Counted from the first letter of the stretch, positions 46,764 to 57,053 are shown. The stretch is 64,000 nucleotides of DNA from Candidatus Harrisonbacteria bacterium (GCA_016214655.1 JACROC010000007.1:130647-194646); one strand, 5' to 3'. Program-made: numbers and translations. Notes: generated from the sequence alone by a model not told the origin.

Positions 46764-47996
46764 ATGTTTAATTTAAAAGAATTAAAAAAAGCCGTGGATC
46801 AGATTGCTCAGGAGAAGGGCGTGGACGCGCAGAAAGTTTTTGAAGCCCTGGAAGCTTCTATTGCTGCCGCTTATAAAAAGGAATACTGCCAGAGGGGCGA
46901 GGTGGTTAAATCAAAATTTGACCAGAAAACCGGCGCGTTAGAGTTTTGGAAGATAAAAACTGTTGTAGATGAAACTACGGTGAGAATCGTGGAAGAGGGA
47001 GAGGTCGTCGAAGGCGAGCCTCGTTTAGAAATTTCTGGGCGGGAGGGGGCTTTATCAGAAGAGGGCCTTTTACCACGTTATAATCCGGACCGCCATTTAT
47101 TTTTGGCGGAAGCGCGCGTTATCAAACCGGATGTACAACTAGGCGAAGAGTTGATATTTCCGCTGGAGACCCATGAAGATTTTGGCCGGATTGCGGCCCA
47201 GACCGCTAAACAGGTCATTCTTCAAAAATTACGCGAGGTTGAAAGGAATTCTATTATTAATGAATTTCAAAACAAGGTTGGCGAGATTATCAGTGGTGTT
47301 GTTCAAAGATATGATCGAGGGAATGTTTTTGTGGATTTAGGCCGGGCTACCGGAATCGTGTTTTATAATGAATCCATTCCCGGTGAACATTATTCTACCG
47401 GATCCAGGATGCGTTTTTATATATTAGCTGTTCAGGAAGAATCTCGGGTTCCAGGTATCATTTTATCTCGTTCCCATCCTAAATTTGTCAGCCGGCTTTT
47501 TGAATTAGAAGTCCCGGAAATCAGCGACGGAGTTGTTGAGATTAAAACCATTGCCAGAGAACCAGGAAGTAGGACTAAAATTGCGGTTACTTCTAAAGTA
47601 GAGGGAATTGATCCGGTCGGATCTTGTGTTGGCCAGAGAGGGACTAGGGTTATGGCGGTCAGCAATGAATTGGGTCAGGAAAAAATTGATATTATTCAAT
47701 GGTCTGAAGACACGGAAAAATTCATTTCCAATTCGCTTTCTCCGGCTAGGGTTACACGAGTTGAAATTTCACCGAGACGGGAAGCTAAGGTTTTTGTCCC
47801 GGATGACCAATTGAGTTTGGCTATTGGAAAGGGTGGTCAGAATGTCCGTTTGGCTGCTAAGCTTACCAGCTGGAAAATAGATGTCCGTTCGCAGGCGAAG
47901 CCGGATGAGGTGCAGGAAGGCGGTATAGCGGCGGCTTTGGAAGAATCCGTTTCTGCTCAAATTGCTGCGGATGAAGAAAAAAAGTCGGAAGAATAG
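46764..47996 (+). CDS. nusA: Transcription termination/antitermination factor NusA
   Basis: N-terminal domain, S1 domain, two KH domains (GxxGxxV, GKGGQNVRLA). Confidence 0.85.
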   Translation: MFNLKELKKAVDQIAQEKGVDAQKVFEALEASIAAAYKKEYCQRGEVVKSKFDQKTGALEFWKIKTVVDETTVRIVEEGEVVEGEPRLEISGREGALSEEGLLPRYNPDRHLFLAEARVIKPDVQLGEELIFPLETHEDFGRIAAQTAKQVILQKLREVERNSIINEFQNKVGEIISGVVQRYDRGNVFVDLGRATGIVFYNESIPGEHYSTGSRMRFYILAVQEESRVPGIILSRSHPKFVSRLFELEVPEISDGVVEIKTIAREPGSRTKIAVTSKVEGIDPVGSCVGQRGTRVMAVSNELGQEKIDIIQWSEDTEKFISNSLSPARVTRVEISPRREAKVFVPDDQLSLAIGKGGQNVRLAAKLTSWKIDVRSQAKPDEVQEGGIAAALEESVSAQIAADEEKKSEE

Positions 47997-48040
47997 TTAA
48001 TAGACTTTTAGCTTCTAGTTTTGAGCTTTTAGAAAATTTC

Positions 48041-48071
48041 TAACAGCTGAGAGCTAACAGCTAACAGCTAG
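48041..48071 (+). repeat. Short tandem repeat (AGCTAAC)n upstream of the pyrophosphatase gene
   Basis: taacagctgagagctaacagctaacagctag is seen directly in the sequence. Confidence 0.5.
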
Positions 48072-48072
48072 G

Positions 48073-50052
48073 GTGATGTTATATTTATTAATTTTTATTC
48101 CAATTGCATTAGCAGTCGCCTATAGCATTTATATTGTGCTTTGGCTTGGCAAACAGCCGCGCGGCAATGCTAAGATGGTAGAAATTTCCGAAGCGATTCA
48201 AGAAGGATCTAGCGCTTTTTTAAATCGTCAGTATCGCAGTGTGGCGGTAGTCGCCGTAATTTTGCTGGTAGCTGTTTATTATTTTTCAGGCTCTCTGTCT
48301 GCTGCTGGATTTTTGGTTGGCGCAGTAGCTTCGGCGGTAGCTGGTTATATCGGGATGAATGTAGCAGTCCGTTCTAATTCCCGGACTGCGGAAGCTGCCA
48401 GCCAAGGTTTAAATGCGGCGCTCTCCCTTGCTTTTAAAGCCGGTTCAGTAACTGGATTTTTAGTAGTGGCGCTGGGACTTTTATCCATTGCTGGATTTTA
48501 TCTTTTGACTCAAGATGTACGGGCTTTAGTCGGCCTCGGTTTTGGCGCAAGTTTAATTTCAATATTTGCCAGACTTGGCGGCGGAATTTATACCAAAGCT
48601 GCCGACGTCGGCACTGACCTGGTTGGTAAGGTTGAAGCTGGTATTCCGGAAGATGATGTCCGTAATCCTGGCGTGGTAGCAGATAATGTCGGTGATAATG
48701 TTGGCGATTGCGCTGGTATGGCGGCTGATTTATTTGAAACTTATGCGGTGACGTTAGTAGCCTCCATGCTTTTGGGATTTTTGATTGATAAAGATTTAGC
48801 CAGTCCGCTGGTCATTTTTCCAATGGTTTTAGGAGGGCTGGCCATTGCCGCATCTTTAATCGGCACTTTATTCGTAAGAGTCGGCGAGGGCGGAACAATT
48901 ATGGGCGCGTTATATAAGGGATTATCCGCCACATTAGTGGTTTCGGCTTTCGCTTTCTATCCGGTGATGCGATTATATTTTGGTGATGGTTACTGGAATT
49001 TTTATCTGAGCGCTTTAGTCGGTTTAGTAGTTACCGTTTTAATGGTGATAGTAACAGATTATTATACGGCGAAAAGTTATCGTCCGGTAAAATCCATTGC
49101 CGAGGCTTCCAATTCCGGCCACGGCACTAATATCATTATCGGACTTTCGGTGGGTATGGAATCTACTTTTGTTCCGGTTTTAATTATTGTCGGGGCGATA
49201 CTCGCCAGTTTTGCGTTAGCTGGTCTTTACGGGGTTTCACTCGCTGCTACTGCCATGCTTTCGGTTGCCGGAATTATTATTGCTATTGATTCTTTTGGTC
49301 CGGTTACGGATAATGCTGGCGGTATTGCGGAAATGAGCGGGGCGTCGTCTGATGTCAGGAAAATCACCGATGCTTTGGATGCGGTCGGTAATACTACTAA
49401 AGCAGTTACTAAAGGTTATGCAATCGCTTCTGCCGGGCTTGCCGCACTGGTGCTTTTTGCCGGTTATGTGGAGGAATTTGCCAGCCGCGCCAGAGATTTA
49501 GTTTTTGAATTAGAAGATCCTTATGTGGTAGTCGGGCTTCTACTTGGCGCGGCAGTTCCGTATCTTTTTGCTTCGATTGCTATGAAGTCCGTCGGCCGGG
49601 CAGCCGGCGCGGTGGTAGAAGAAATCCGGAGACAATTCCGGGAAATTCCAGGAATCATGGAATTTAAGGCTAAGCCGGATTATGGCCGGGCAGTGGATAT
49701 TGTTACCAAAGCCGCGCTTAAAGAGATGGTGGTGCCGGCGCTAATCCCAGTTCTTTCAGTGGTATTAGTCGGATTTCTGCTTGGCGCAAAAGCACTGGGC
49801 GGATTTTTGGTGGGCACGATCGTGGCCGGTCTTTTTCTGGGAATTTCTATGACTACTGGTGGCGCCGCTTGGGACAATGCGAAGAAATATATTGAATCCG
49901 GCAATTACGGCGGTAAGGGTTCTGACGCGCATAAAGCCGCAGTAACCGGCGACACGGTCGGTGACCCTTACAAAGATACCGCCGGTCCAGCAATCAACCC
50001 GCTGATCAAAGTTATAAATATTGTTGCGCTGCTCCTGGTTCCGTTTTTATAA
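48073..50052 (+). CDS. hppA: Membrane-bound proton- or sodium-translocating pyrophosphatase
   Basis: Polytopic. Signature [19 protein letters not shown] and [19 protein letters not shown]. Confidence 0.85.
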   Translation: MMLYLLIFIPIALAVAYSIYIVLWLGKQPRGNAKMVEISEAIQEGSSAFLNRQYRSVAVVAVILLVAVYYFSGSLSAAGFLVGAVASAVAGYIGMNVAVRSNSRTAEAASQGLNAALSLAFKAGSVTGFLVVALGLLSIAGFYLLTQDVRALVGLGFGASLISIFARLGGGIYTKAADVGTDLVGKVEAGIPEDDVRNPGVVADNVGDNVGDCAGMAADLFETYAVTLVASMLLGFLIDKDLASPLVIFPMVLGGLAIAASLIGTLFVRVGEGGTIMGALYKGLSATLVVSAFAFYPVMRLYFGDGYWNFYLSALVGLVVTVLMVIVTDYYTAKSYRPVKSIAEASNSGHGTNIIIGLSVGMESTFVPVLIIVGAILASFALAGLYGVSLAATAMLSVAGIIIAIDSFGPVTDNAGGIAEMSGASSDVRKITDALDAVGNTTKAVTKGYAIASAGLAALVLFAGYVEEFASRARDLVFELEDPYVVVGLLLGAAVPYLFASIAMKSVGRAAGAVVEEIRRQFREIPGIMEFKAKPDYGRAVDIVTKAALKEMVVPALIPVLSVVLVGFLLGAKALGGFLVGTIVAGLFLGISMTTGGAAWDNAKKYIESGNYGGKGSDAHKAAVTGDTVGDPYKDTAGPAINPLIKVINIVALLLVPFL

Positions 50053-50058
50053 GATCTG

Positions 50059-51327
50059 ATGAAATATACATCTAAAAAATTACCAAACTCAATAGTTGAG
50101 GCGGAGGTGATTTTGGGCCATCAGGAGTTTTTGAATTATTATCAGCCAGTTTATGATCAGGCGCTTTCAGTTGTGCATTTGAAGGGTTTCCGGCCGGGAA
50201 CCGCGCCAAAAGATTTAGCAGATAAAGCAGTAGATAAAGAAAAAGTTTTTAATGAGGCGGTGAATAAAGCAGTCCGGGATGCGCTTCAAGAAATTAATGC
50301 CGAAAATAATTGGCAATTAATTGATCAGCCGAAGGTTGAAGTTTTGGAAAGCGAGCCGGCGAAAGATATAGGCTTGAAATTCAAAATCACCTTGACCGTT
50401 TTTCCGGAAGTTAAGTTGGGAAATTATCAAAAATTAGTCAAAAAAATTTTACACGAGGATCCCAAAGAAATATTTGTTAGCGAGGACGAGTTAAATAAAA
50501 GTATTAATTGGGTTTTAAATTCCAGAGCTAAATTAACCAGGGTGAATAGAGAAGCTAAGAAGGGCGATGTGGTAGATATCGATTTTTCCGGTTTTTTGGA
50601 TGGAAAGGCTTTGGATGGCGCTTCTGGCAAGGCGGATAATTTCGTTCTTGGCGAAGGAAAATTTATTCCTGGATTTGAAGATAATATTGTGAACCATAAA
50701 GAGGGAGAAAATTTGGAGTTTTCAGTAAATTTCCCGACTGATTATTGGAAAGAAGATTTGCGCGATAAAAAAATTGGTTTCAAAGTAAGCTTGAAAGGAG
50801 TTTTTGAGAAGCAAATGCCGGAATTAACGGATGAATTTATAAAAGGATTAGGAAATTTTCAGACGGTTGAAGAGTTTAAAAACAGTATTCGTGAAGGAAT
50901 GAAAAAAGAAAAAGAGGGCCGGGAAAAAGAACGCGTCCGGCTAAAAATTATGAACGAGATGGTTAAGAATTCCCAGATTGATTCCCCTCAAATCATGATA
51001 GATAAGACGCTGGATAATCTTGTTAACGAATATCGTGCCACGATGCAGCCTCCCAGTGGCGGAAAATTAGAAGACGACGCATCTTTGCGTAAACGTTTCG
51101 AAGAGAGAGCTAAGCACGATGTTGCCGCCAATTTAGTGGCGTATCAAATCGCCAAGGATCAGAAAATTGAACCAACTCCCGATGAAGTTGAAGCGGAAGT
51201 CAATAAATTCTTGACACATTCTCAGTTTTCAAAACGCCCGAAAATTGACCCTCAGCGACTTTATGATTATAGTTATGGTGTAGTTCAAAATCGCAAGGTT
51301 TTTGAATACCTTGAATCGTTGAAATGA
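50059..51327 (+). CDS. tig: Trigger factor
   Basis: N-terminal ribosome-binding domain with the GFRPGxxP signature (KGFRPGTAPK), FKBP-like middle domain, C-terminal arm domain. Confidence 0.8.
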   Translation: MKYTSKKLPNSIVEAEVILGHQEFLNYYQPVYDQALSVVHLKGFRPGTAPKDLADKAVDKEKVFNEAVNKAVRDALQEINAENNWQLIDQPKVEVLESEPAKDIGLKFKITLTVFPEVKLGNYQKLVKKILHEDPKEIFVSEDELNKSINWVLNSRAKLTRVNREAKKGDVVDIDFSGFLDGKALDGASGKADNFVLGEGKFIPGFEDNIVNHKEGENLEFSVNFPTDYWKEDLRDKKIGFKVSLKGVFEKQMPELTDEFIKGLGNFQTVEEFKNSIREGMKKEKEGREKERVRLKIMNEMVKNSQIDSPQIMIDKTLDNLVNEYRATMQPPSGGKLEDDASLRKRFEERAKHDVAANLVAYQIAKDQKIEPTPDEVEAEVNKFLTHSQFSKRPKIDPQRLYDYSYGVVQNRKVFEYLESLK

Positions 51328-51400
51328 GCGCGTAGTTCGTAGAACGTAGGGCGTAGGATTTTTATAATTTTCTACTTACTACGGGCTACTGCCTACGCAC
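51328..51400. repeat. Inverted arrays of NNCGTAG heptamers flanking an AT-rich spacer (tig-clpP intergenic)
   Basis: Left: cgtag ttcgtag aacgtag ggcgtag. Right (reverse complement): cgtag gcagtag cccgtag taagtag. The arrays are separated by gatttttataattttcta. Confidence 0.55.
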
Positions 51401-51402
51401 TT

Positions 51403-52008
51403 TTGATTATGGAAAACGAATATTTAATTCCTACAGTTATCGAAAAAACTCAAATGGGTGAGCGCGCTTATGATATTTATTCTCGTTTATTGAAAGAACG
51501 GATTATTTTTCTTGGCGGTCCGATTAATGATGGGGTAGCCAACACAGTAATCGCCCAGCTTTTATTTTTAGAGCACGAAGACCCGAAAAGGGATATTAAA
51601 TTGTATATTAATTCACCTGGCGGATCGGTGACTGCCGGCTTTGCGATTTATGACACTATTCAATATATTAAGCCAGATGTTTCTACTATTTGCGTTGGTA
51701 TTGCCGCTTCTATGGCGGCCGTTCTTCTTGGTGCCGGTAAGAAGGGGAAGCGGATCGCTTTGCCGAATTCGGAGGTGCTTTTGCACCAAGTTATGGGCGG
51801 AGTTGAGGGTCAGGCAGTGGAAATTGAAATTACCGCTAAGCATATTGTGCGCATGAAGGAGCAGCTTAATCAGGTTCTCGCTAAACACACCGGACAATCC
51901 CTTTCTAAAATCGAGAAGGATACTGACAGGGATTTCTGGCTTACGGCGGCGGAAGCAAAGGAATATGGAGTAGTAGATGAGATTATAAAAAACCGGAATA
52001 TTAAGTAA
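51403..52008 (+). CDS. clpP: ATP-dependent Clp protease proteolytic subunit
   Basis: Active-site Ser region [13 protein letters not shown], His in LLHQVMGG, and the catalytic Asp region. Confidence 0.9.
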   Translation: MIMENEYLIPTVIEKTQMGERAYDIYSRLLKERIIFLGGPINDGVANTVIAQLLFLEHEDPKRDIKLYINSPGGSVTAGFAIYDTIQYIKPDVSTICVGIAASMAAVLLGAGKKGKRIALPNSEVLLHQVMGGVEGQAVEIEITAKHIVRMKEQLNQVLAKHTGQSLSKIEKDTDRDFWLTAAEAKEYGVVDEIIKNRNIK

Positions 52009-52099
52009 AAAAATTCCTGCCAAGTGGCGGGAATTTTATTGCAAACATTTATTTTTTCGTTTATTCTGGTGATAGGATTTTTGATGAGTAGGATATGAC

Positions 52100-52390
52100 A
52101 TGGACTCTGATCGGCTCAATGTCCGGTGGAAGTCTTTTATTCTTGTGAACCTTAGGAACCAGCAAATTCATCTTACGGAATTCCTTAGGCAATCGCTTGG
52201 CAGGCATAAAGGCGGAGTGCTTTTTGTGGGGTGCGGCACGGAAAATGGTAATAATATTATTTTAAAAACTGATGAAGAGGATAACTGCTACCGAAAAGTT
52301 TCAGATACCGATGACGATGAGCGAGATTGGGAGTTGATCGGATATTTAGTTGATAAAAATGCCGGGCCGGATTTACCTCCTTATACATAA
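52100..52390 (+). CDS. Hypothetical small acidic protein
   Basis: 96-aa ORF followed by an intrinsic terminator (gctcgtttaataacgagc then a T-run). Confidence 0.35.
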   Translation: MDSDRLNVRWKSFILVNLRNQQIHLTEFLRQSLGRHKGGVLFVGCGTENGNNIILKTDEEDNCYRKVSDTDDDERDWELIGYLVDKNAGPDLPPYT

Positions 52391-52415
52391 GCTCGTTTAA
52401 TAACGAGCCTTTTTG

Positions 52416-52444
52416 TTGACTTTTTAATTTGAATATATTAATAT
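52416..52444 (+). promoter_or_regulatory. sigma70-type promoter (TTGACT-17-TAATAT)
   Basis: Exact spacing of near-consensus hexamers upstream of the 52481 ORF. Confidence 0.5.
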
Positions 52445-52480
52445 AATTTTAATTCTTTAATAATATAAACAGGAAAAAAG

Positions 52481-52774
52481 ATGACTTTTTGCAAAGAAGT
52501 TGTTATAACTAGGCTTAACGGAAGGACAAAATTTGCACTTGTGGATTTAGTTAAGATACCCAAAACACCTGAAGAAAAAAAATTTGAAGACGTTAAATAT
52601 CGTAAACTATTTACGACCAATAAAGGATTATTGCTTCGAGGTATTTGGCAAGTTGCAAAGCAAATTTTGGAATTTCAAAATTCCAAACATTGTACCCCCG
52701 AGCTTCGAATGAAATTAGAGAAAGATTTAGAAAAATTGGCCAGAAAGCTTGATAAAACAATGAGTCTCTCGTAA
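52481..52774 (+). CDS. Hypothetical small basic protein
   Basis: 97-aa Lys-rich ORF with its own promoter and a downstream terminator (acgggag hairpin then a T-run). Confidence 0.4.
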   Translation: MTFCKEVVITRLNGRTKFALVDLVKIPKTPEEKKFEDVKYRKLFTTNKGLLLRGIWQVAKQILEFQNSKHCTPELRMKLEKDLEKLARKLDKTMSLS

Positions 52775-52803
52775 AACGGGAGATTTTTATTTATAATATA
52801 AAA

Positions 52804-53967
52804 ATGGTTAAAAATGATTTATTAACCCGCGGTGTAGTGGAGGTGATTGAAAAAGATCATCTAGAAAAATCTCTTCAAAGCGGCAAGAAGCTGCGGGTGA
52901 AGTTTGGTATTGATCCGACAGCGCCGGATTTGCATTTAGGGCATACTGTCCCGCTTCGGAAATTGCGGCAATTTCAAGACGCCGGCCACCAAGCGGTTTT
53001 GATTATTGGCGATTTTACTGCCGGAATTGGTGATCCCTCTGGAAGAGATAAAGCCCGTCCCCCGCTTTCGGAGAAAGATATAAAAAATAATTTAAAAACT
53101 TATCTGAATCAAGCAAAAAAAGTTTTAGATATGAAAAAAGTTGAAGTTCATTACAATAGTAAGTGGCTTCGTAAAATGGACTTTGGAGAATTAGCTAGAT
53201 TATTTACTGATTTTACCGTGCAACAAATGATAGAGCGTGAAGATTTTAGCGCTAGGATTAAAAATCAAAAGCCGGTGTGGATGCATGAATTAACTTACCC
53301 CGCCCTTCAAGCATATGATTCAGTCATGGTTAATGCGGATTTAGAAATTGGCGGAACCGATCAAAAGTTTAATCTTTTGGCTGGTAGGAATTTGATGGAA
53401 AAGCGTGGTATGAAACCGCAGGATGTTTTGACTTTACCTCTTTTGGAGGGTACAGATGGAGTTAAAAAAATGAGCAAAAGTCTCGGTAATTATATTGCGC
53501 TTAATGATGGGCCTAATGATATGTATGGGAAAATTATGTCTATTTCTGATGCGCTTATTGTGAAATATGCAGAATTATTGACTGATTTGCCGTTAGAAGA
53601 AATGGCAGAAAAAGTTAAAAAAGATCCGCGTGCCGTAAAGATGAAGCTTGCACAAATTATTGTGGCAATGTATCACGACAATAAAATGGCCCAAAAGGCT
53701 GAAGAAGAATTTGTGCGTGTAGTTTCTCATAAAGAAGCGCCGTCAGAGTTGGAAAGTATAAAGTTAAAGGTTAAAAAGTTAACCTTAGTAAATCTATTGG
53801 TGGAAACTAAGATGGCTCCGAGTAAAAGTGAAGCAAGACGATTAGTTGAGCAGGGCGGCGTAAAATTAGATGAAGAGAAGCAAAACGATCCGAATAAAAG
53901 TATTGAATTGGAAAGAGAAATTTTACTTCAGGTGGGTAAAAGGAAGTACTTGCGAGTTTCTTCATAG
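52804..53967 (+). CDS. tyrS: Tyrosine--tRNA ligase
   Basis: HIGH-type motif PDLHLGHTVP, KMSKS motif KKMSKSLGN, C-terminal S4-like domain. Confidence 0.9.
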   Translation: MVKNDLLTRGVVEVIEKDHLEKSLQSGKKLRVKFGIDPTAPDLHLGHTVPLRKLRQFQDAGHQAVLIIGDFTAGIGDPSGRDKARPPLSEKDIKNNLKTYLNQAKKVLDMKKVEVHYNSKWLRKMDFGELARLFTDFTVQQMIEREDFSARIKNQKPVWMHELTYPALQAYDSVMVNADLEIGGTDQKFNLLAGRNLMEKRGMKPQDVLTLPLLEGTDGVKKMSKSLGNYIALNDGPNDMYGKIMSISDALIVKYAELLTDLPLEEMAEKVKKDPRAVKMKLAQIIVAMYHDNKMAQKAEEEFVRVVSHKEAPSELESIKLKVKKLTLVNLLVETKMAPSKSEARRLVEQGGVKLDEEKQNDPNKSIELEREILLQVGKRKYLRVSS

Positions 53968-54014
53968 TTTTGTAATATCTAATCAGCTCCAGAAAATACA
54001 AAGGAGGGGAAACG

Positions 54015-54248
54015 ATGCCTAATCGGAGACGGTTGAACACGGGACAGAAAGTACGGGAAATGAGATTCGCCTTGGGCGGCAGAAGGGCCGTAATCGAGGT
54101 TATGGAATCTGGATCTGTTTCCAGCTTAAAACGCTGGGAGAGGCGTGAATGCTCCCCGATTTCTGCTCATGTAAAGGTGGTTGGCGATGCCTATGACATG
54201 TGGCTATTGATGAAAAAAGCGGTTCGTAAGAGATTGCAGAGACACTGA
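54015..54248 (+). CDS. Small basic GC-rich hypothetical protein (77 aa)
   Basis: Perfect SD AAAGGAGGGG 5 nt before the ATG. Hairpin terminator ctgaccatcttggtcag then a T-run follows. GC is clearly above its flanks. Confidence 0.45.
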   Translation: MPNRRRLNTGQKVREMRFALGGRRAVIEVMESGSVSSLKRWERRECSPISAHVKVVGDAYDMWLLMKKAVRKRLQRH

Positions 54249-54296
54249 CCATCTTGGTCAGTTTTTTGTTTTTACGAGATGTGTTATAGTTATTCT

Positions 54297-54359
54297 ATGA
54301 AATTAGTTTTTGCTATTATCACTACCACAACTACCCGATTTCCTGCTGGGGAGTTTTAG
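54297..54359 (+). promoter_or_regulatory. thrL: thr-operon-type leader peptide ORF (MKLVFAIITTTTTRFPAGEF)
   Basis: 20-codon ORF with five consecutive Thr codons and two Ile codons, located about 95 nt upstream of thrA. The classical Thr/Ile attenuation control region. Confidence 0.6.
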
Positions 54360-54384
54360 TGGTTTATCAAAAATAAAGACACTA

Positions 54385-54415
54385 AACCGGCCTCAACGGG
54401 GTCGGTTTTCATTTT
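54385..54415 (+). terminator. Attenuator terminator between the leader peptide and thrA
   Basis: Stem aaccggcc/ggtcggtt (one G-U pair), loop tcaacgg, followed by ttttcatttt. Confidence 0.55.
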
Positions 54416-54452
54416 AAAAGTTAAGTGATAAAGTATTAACAATCAAAAATAT

Positions 54453-56888
54453 ATGAAAATAACTAAAGTTCTTAAATTCGGAGGTTCGTCGGTGGGCACG
54501 CCAAAGATGATCAAGGGGGTTGGTGAAATTGTGAAAGCTGCATCTAAAAGAGATAGAGTGGCGGTCGTGGTGTCAGCTTTTCAGGGAGTTACCGATCAGC
54601 TTTTAAAATGCGTGCGCTTGACCGCGAAAAATGATAAACGGTTATTCGATGAGCTAAAAAATTTGAAAGAGCGCCACTTAAAAGCAGTTAAATTATTAGT
54701 TCGTAAACCTAAATATTTGCGAAATAATGTTCTAGCGCACGTTGAATCATTGTTTATTGAGCTTGTTGCGGTATTAGAAAAAATTGCCAAAGAAAAAGGA
54801 GTTTCCAATAAAAATTTGGACTGGGTAGCGAGTTTCGGTGAGCGGCTTTCGGCGTATATTATTGCGGCGTCGACGAAGAATGCATATTTCGTAGATGCTC
54901 GCGAATTGGTTAGGACTGATAATAATTTTGTGAATGCGGCTGTGGATTTTAATGCAACCAACCGTAAAATTATACATTTTTTCACTGAGAAACAGAGAGG
55001 CAAAGAAACGAAAAATAAAATCCCGATTATTACCGGATTTTTAGGTTCCACCAGTAAAAGAGAAATCACTACACTTGGACGAGGGGGTTCGGACTATTCC
55101 GCTGCGATTTTTGGTGCTGCGCTTGGTGTAAAAGTAGTGGAAATCTGGACTGATGTAGATGGGGTGATGAGCGCGGACCCTCGCCTGGTAAAACGGGCAG
55201 TGGTGCTCTCGCAGATAAGTTACGAAGAAGCGATCGAGATGGCTTATTTCGGCGCCAAAGTGATTCATCCGGCGACCATGCTCCCAGCGATTAAAAAAGG
55301 AATACCGATTTTGATTAAAAATACATTTAATCCCATTACGCCCGGAACTTGGATCCAGAAAAAAATGGTGCTCGAGCCATTTGTAAAAGGCATCACCGCT
55401 ATTGACGACATTGTTTTAGTTAATATAGGGGGCGTAAGTTTGGGCGGAATCCCAGGGAGCGCCGCCAGGGTATTTGAGGCAACTGCGCGGGCAAAAGCAA
55501 ACGTAATTCTAATTTCTCAGGCTTCTTCAGAATATACTATTTGTTTTGCGCTTAAATCGGCAGAGCTTTCGGCCGCGCTTAAAGTATTGCGGGAGGAGTT
55601 TAGGAAAGAAATAAAATCCGGCCAGGTAAGTATTTCAACCGTACCTTCGCAAGCTATTATTGCGCTGGTTGGCGATGGCATGCGCGGCGTGCCGGGCATT
55701 GCCGGGAAATTATTCAAAGCGATAGGTGATAATGGGGTGAATATTTCCGCAATTGCGCAGGGCGGATCGGAACGGAATATTTCTTTTGTTGTGGATTTGG
55801 CAGATAAGGCGAAAGCATTAAATGTGGCACATGATGAATTTTTCCTAGGCGCAACCAAAAATATTTTTTTGATCGGCACCGGTAATATTGGCGGTACCCT
55901 GCTTGATCAAATTCACAATCTATCGAAGTCCGACTTCAATAGATTGAGGGTATGCGGGATTATTAACGCTTTTAATATGCTTACCAGTGAATCGGGTATT
56001 AATTTAGGCGGTTGGCAAAAGAAATTGGAAAAGGGTGAAAAGCCTGATTTTGAGAAATGGCTCAATTGGGCTAAAGAATTGCCACTTGGCAATAAAGTCT
56101 TTGTGGATTGTACTGCCAGTGATGGGGTTGCCAGAAAATACATTGAAATTGCCGAGGTGGGATTTAACATTGTGACTCCGAATAAGAAATTTAATGTCCG
56201 GCCGATGAAGGAATATAAAAAATTGCGGGAAGTAATGGCAAAAAATAAAAATCAGTTTTTGTATGAAACTAATGTCGGCGCCGCGCTTCCGATTATCGCG
56301 CCGCTTCAGGATTTATTAAAAACAGGTGATAGGATTACAAAAATCGAAGGAGTGTTTTCCGGAACATTAAGCTATATTTTTAATAATTTTGACGGAACTA
56401 AACCATTTAGTAAGGTGGTGGAGGAAGCAAAAAAACTTGGCTACACCGAGCCGGATCCGCGGGAAGATTTAAGTGGGCAGGACGTTGGAAGGAAGTTATT
56501 GGTTCTAGCGCGGGAGATTGGTTACGAGTTGGAATTTAAGGATATTGAAATTGAAAATCTGGTACCGGCAGCGCTTCAACGCGTTAAAGTGCCGGGAGAA
56601 TTTTTGAAGCGATTAAAGGAATTTGACGGATATTTCAAGAAACTTTTAGAAAAAGCATATTCGCAAAATAAGGTTCTGAGATATGTGGCGCGACTAGAAA
56701 GAGGTAGGGCGGTTGCGTCGCTTCAGGCGGTGCCGTTAGATAATCCACTTGCAAGCAATCGCGGCGCAGATAATATATTTGCCTTTTGGACTAAGAGATA
56801 TAAGGAAAGGCCTTTAGTCGTACAAGGACCGGGAGCGGGAAGAGAAGTAACTGCGGCTGGAGTGTTGGCGGATATATTACGAATATAA
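54453..56888 (+). CDS. thrA: Bifunctional aspartokinase / homoserine dehydrogenase
   Basis: N-terminal aspartokinase (KFGGSSVG), ACT domains, C-terminal homoserine dehydrogenase (GTGNIGG Rossmann motif). 811 aa. Confidence 0.85.
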   Translation: MKITKVLKFGGSSVGTPKMIKGVGEIVKAASKRDRVAVVVSAFQGVTDQLLKCVRLTAKNDKRLFDELKNLKERHLKAVKLLVRKPKYLRNNVLAHVESLFIELVAVLEKIAKEKGVSNKNLDWVASFGERLSAYIIAASTKNAYFVDARELVRTDNNFVNAAVDFNATNRKIIHFFTEKQRGKETKNKIPIITGFLGSTSKREITTLGRGGSDYSAAIFGAALGVKVVEIWTDVDGVMSADPRLVKRAVVLSQISYEEAIEMAYFGAKVIHPATMLPAIKKGIPILIKNTFNPITPGTWIQKKMVLEPFVKGITAIDDIVLVNIGGVSLGGIPGSAARVFEATARAKANVILISQASSEYTICFALKSAELSAALKVLREEFRKEIKSGQVSISTVPSQAIIALVGDGMRGVPGIAGKLFKAIGDNGVNISAIAQGGSERNISFVVDLADKAKALNVAHDEFFLGATKNIFLIGTGNIGGTLLDQIHNLSKSDFNRLRVCGIINAFNMLTSESGINLGGWQKKLEKGEKPDFEKWLNWAKELPLGNKVFVDCTASDGVARKYIEIAEVGFNIVTPNKKFNVRPMKEYKKLREVMAKNKNQFLYETNVGAALPIIAPLQDLLKTGDRITKIEGVFSGTLSYIFNNFDGTKPFSKVVEEAKKLGYTEPDPREDLSGQDVGRKLLVLAREIGYELEFKDIEIENLVPAALQRVKVPGEFLKRLKEFDGYFKKLLEKAYSQNKVLRYVARLERGRAVASLQAVPLDNPLASNRGADNIFAFWTKRYKERPLVVQGPGAGREVTAAGVLADILRI

Positions 56889-56992
56889 CGCGATACCAAT
56901 ATACTAATGCATGCGAATGATACTAATTATGCGAATATTTTAAAATTAGTATTATTCGTATCATTAGTACAATTCGTATATTAGTATCATAG
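56889..56992 (+). repeat. AT-rich intergenic repeat, copy 3 (full-length, downstream of thrA)
   Basis: Near-identical to the reverse complement of copy 1 and to copy 2 over about 100 nt. Confidence 0.8.
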
Positions 56993-57053
56993 TTAGCGTC
57001 AGCGATAAAAAAGAAAAGCGCCCCGATGGTTAATCGAGGCGCCGGTGATGAAG

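Noticed and set aside
52391-52803. A T-box riboswitch leader upstream of tyrS
   Set aside because: No conserved T-box sequence or specifier-loop architecture is visible. The space is occupied by a promoter, a 97-aa ORF and a terminator.
54249-54452. A lysine riboswitch (L-box) upstream of the aspartokinase gene
   Set aside because: The region is too short and lacks the L-box helices. It contains a Thr/Ile-codon leader peptide plus a terminator, which fits a thr-type attenuator.
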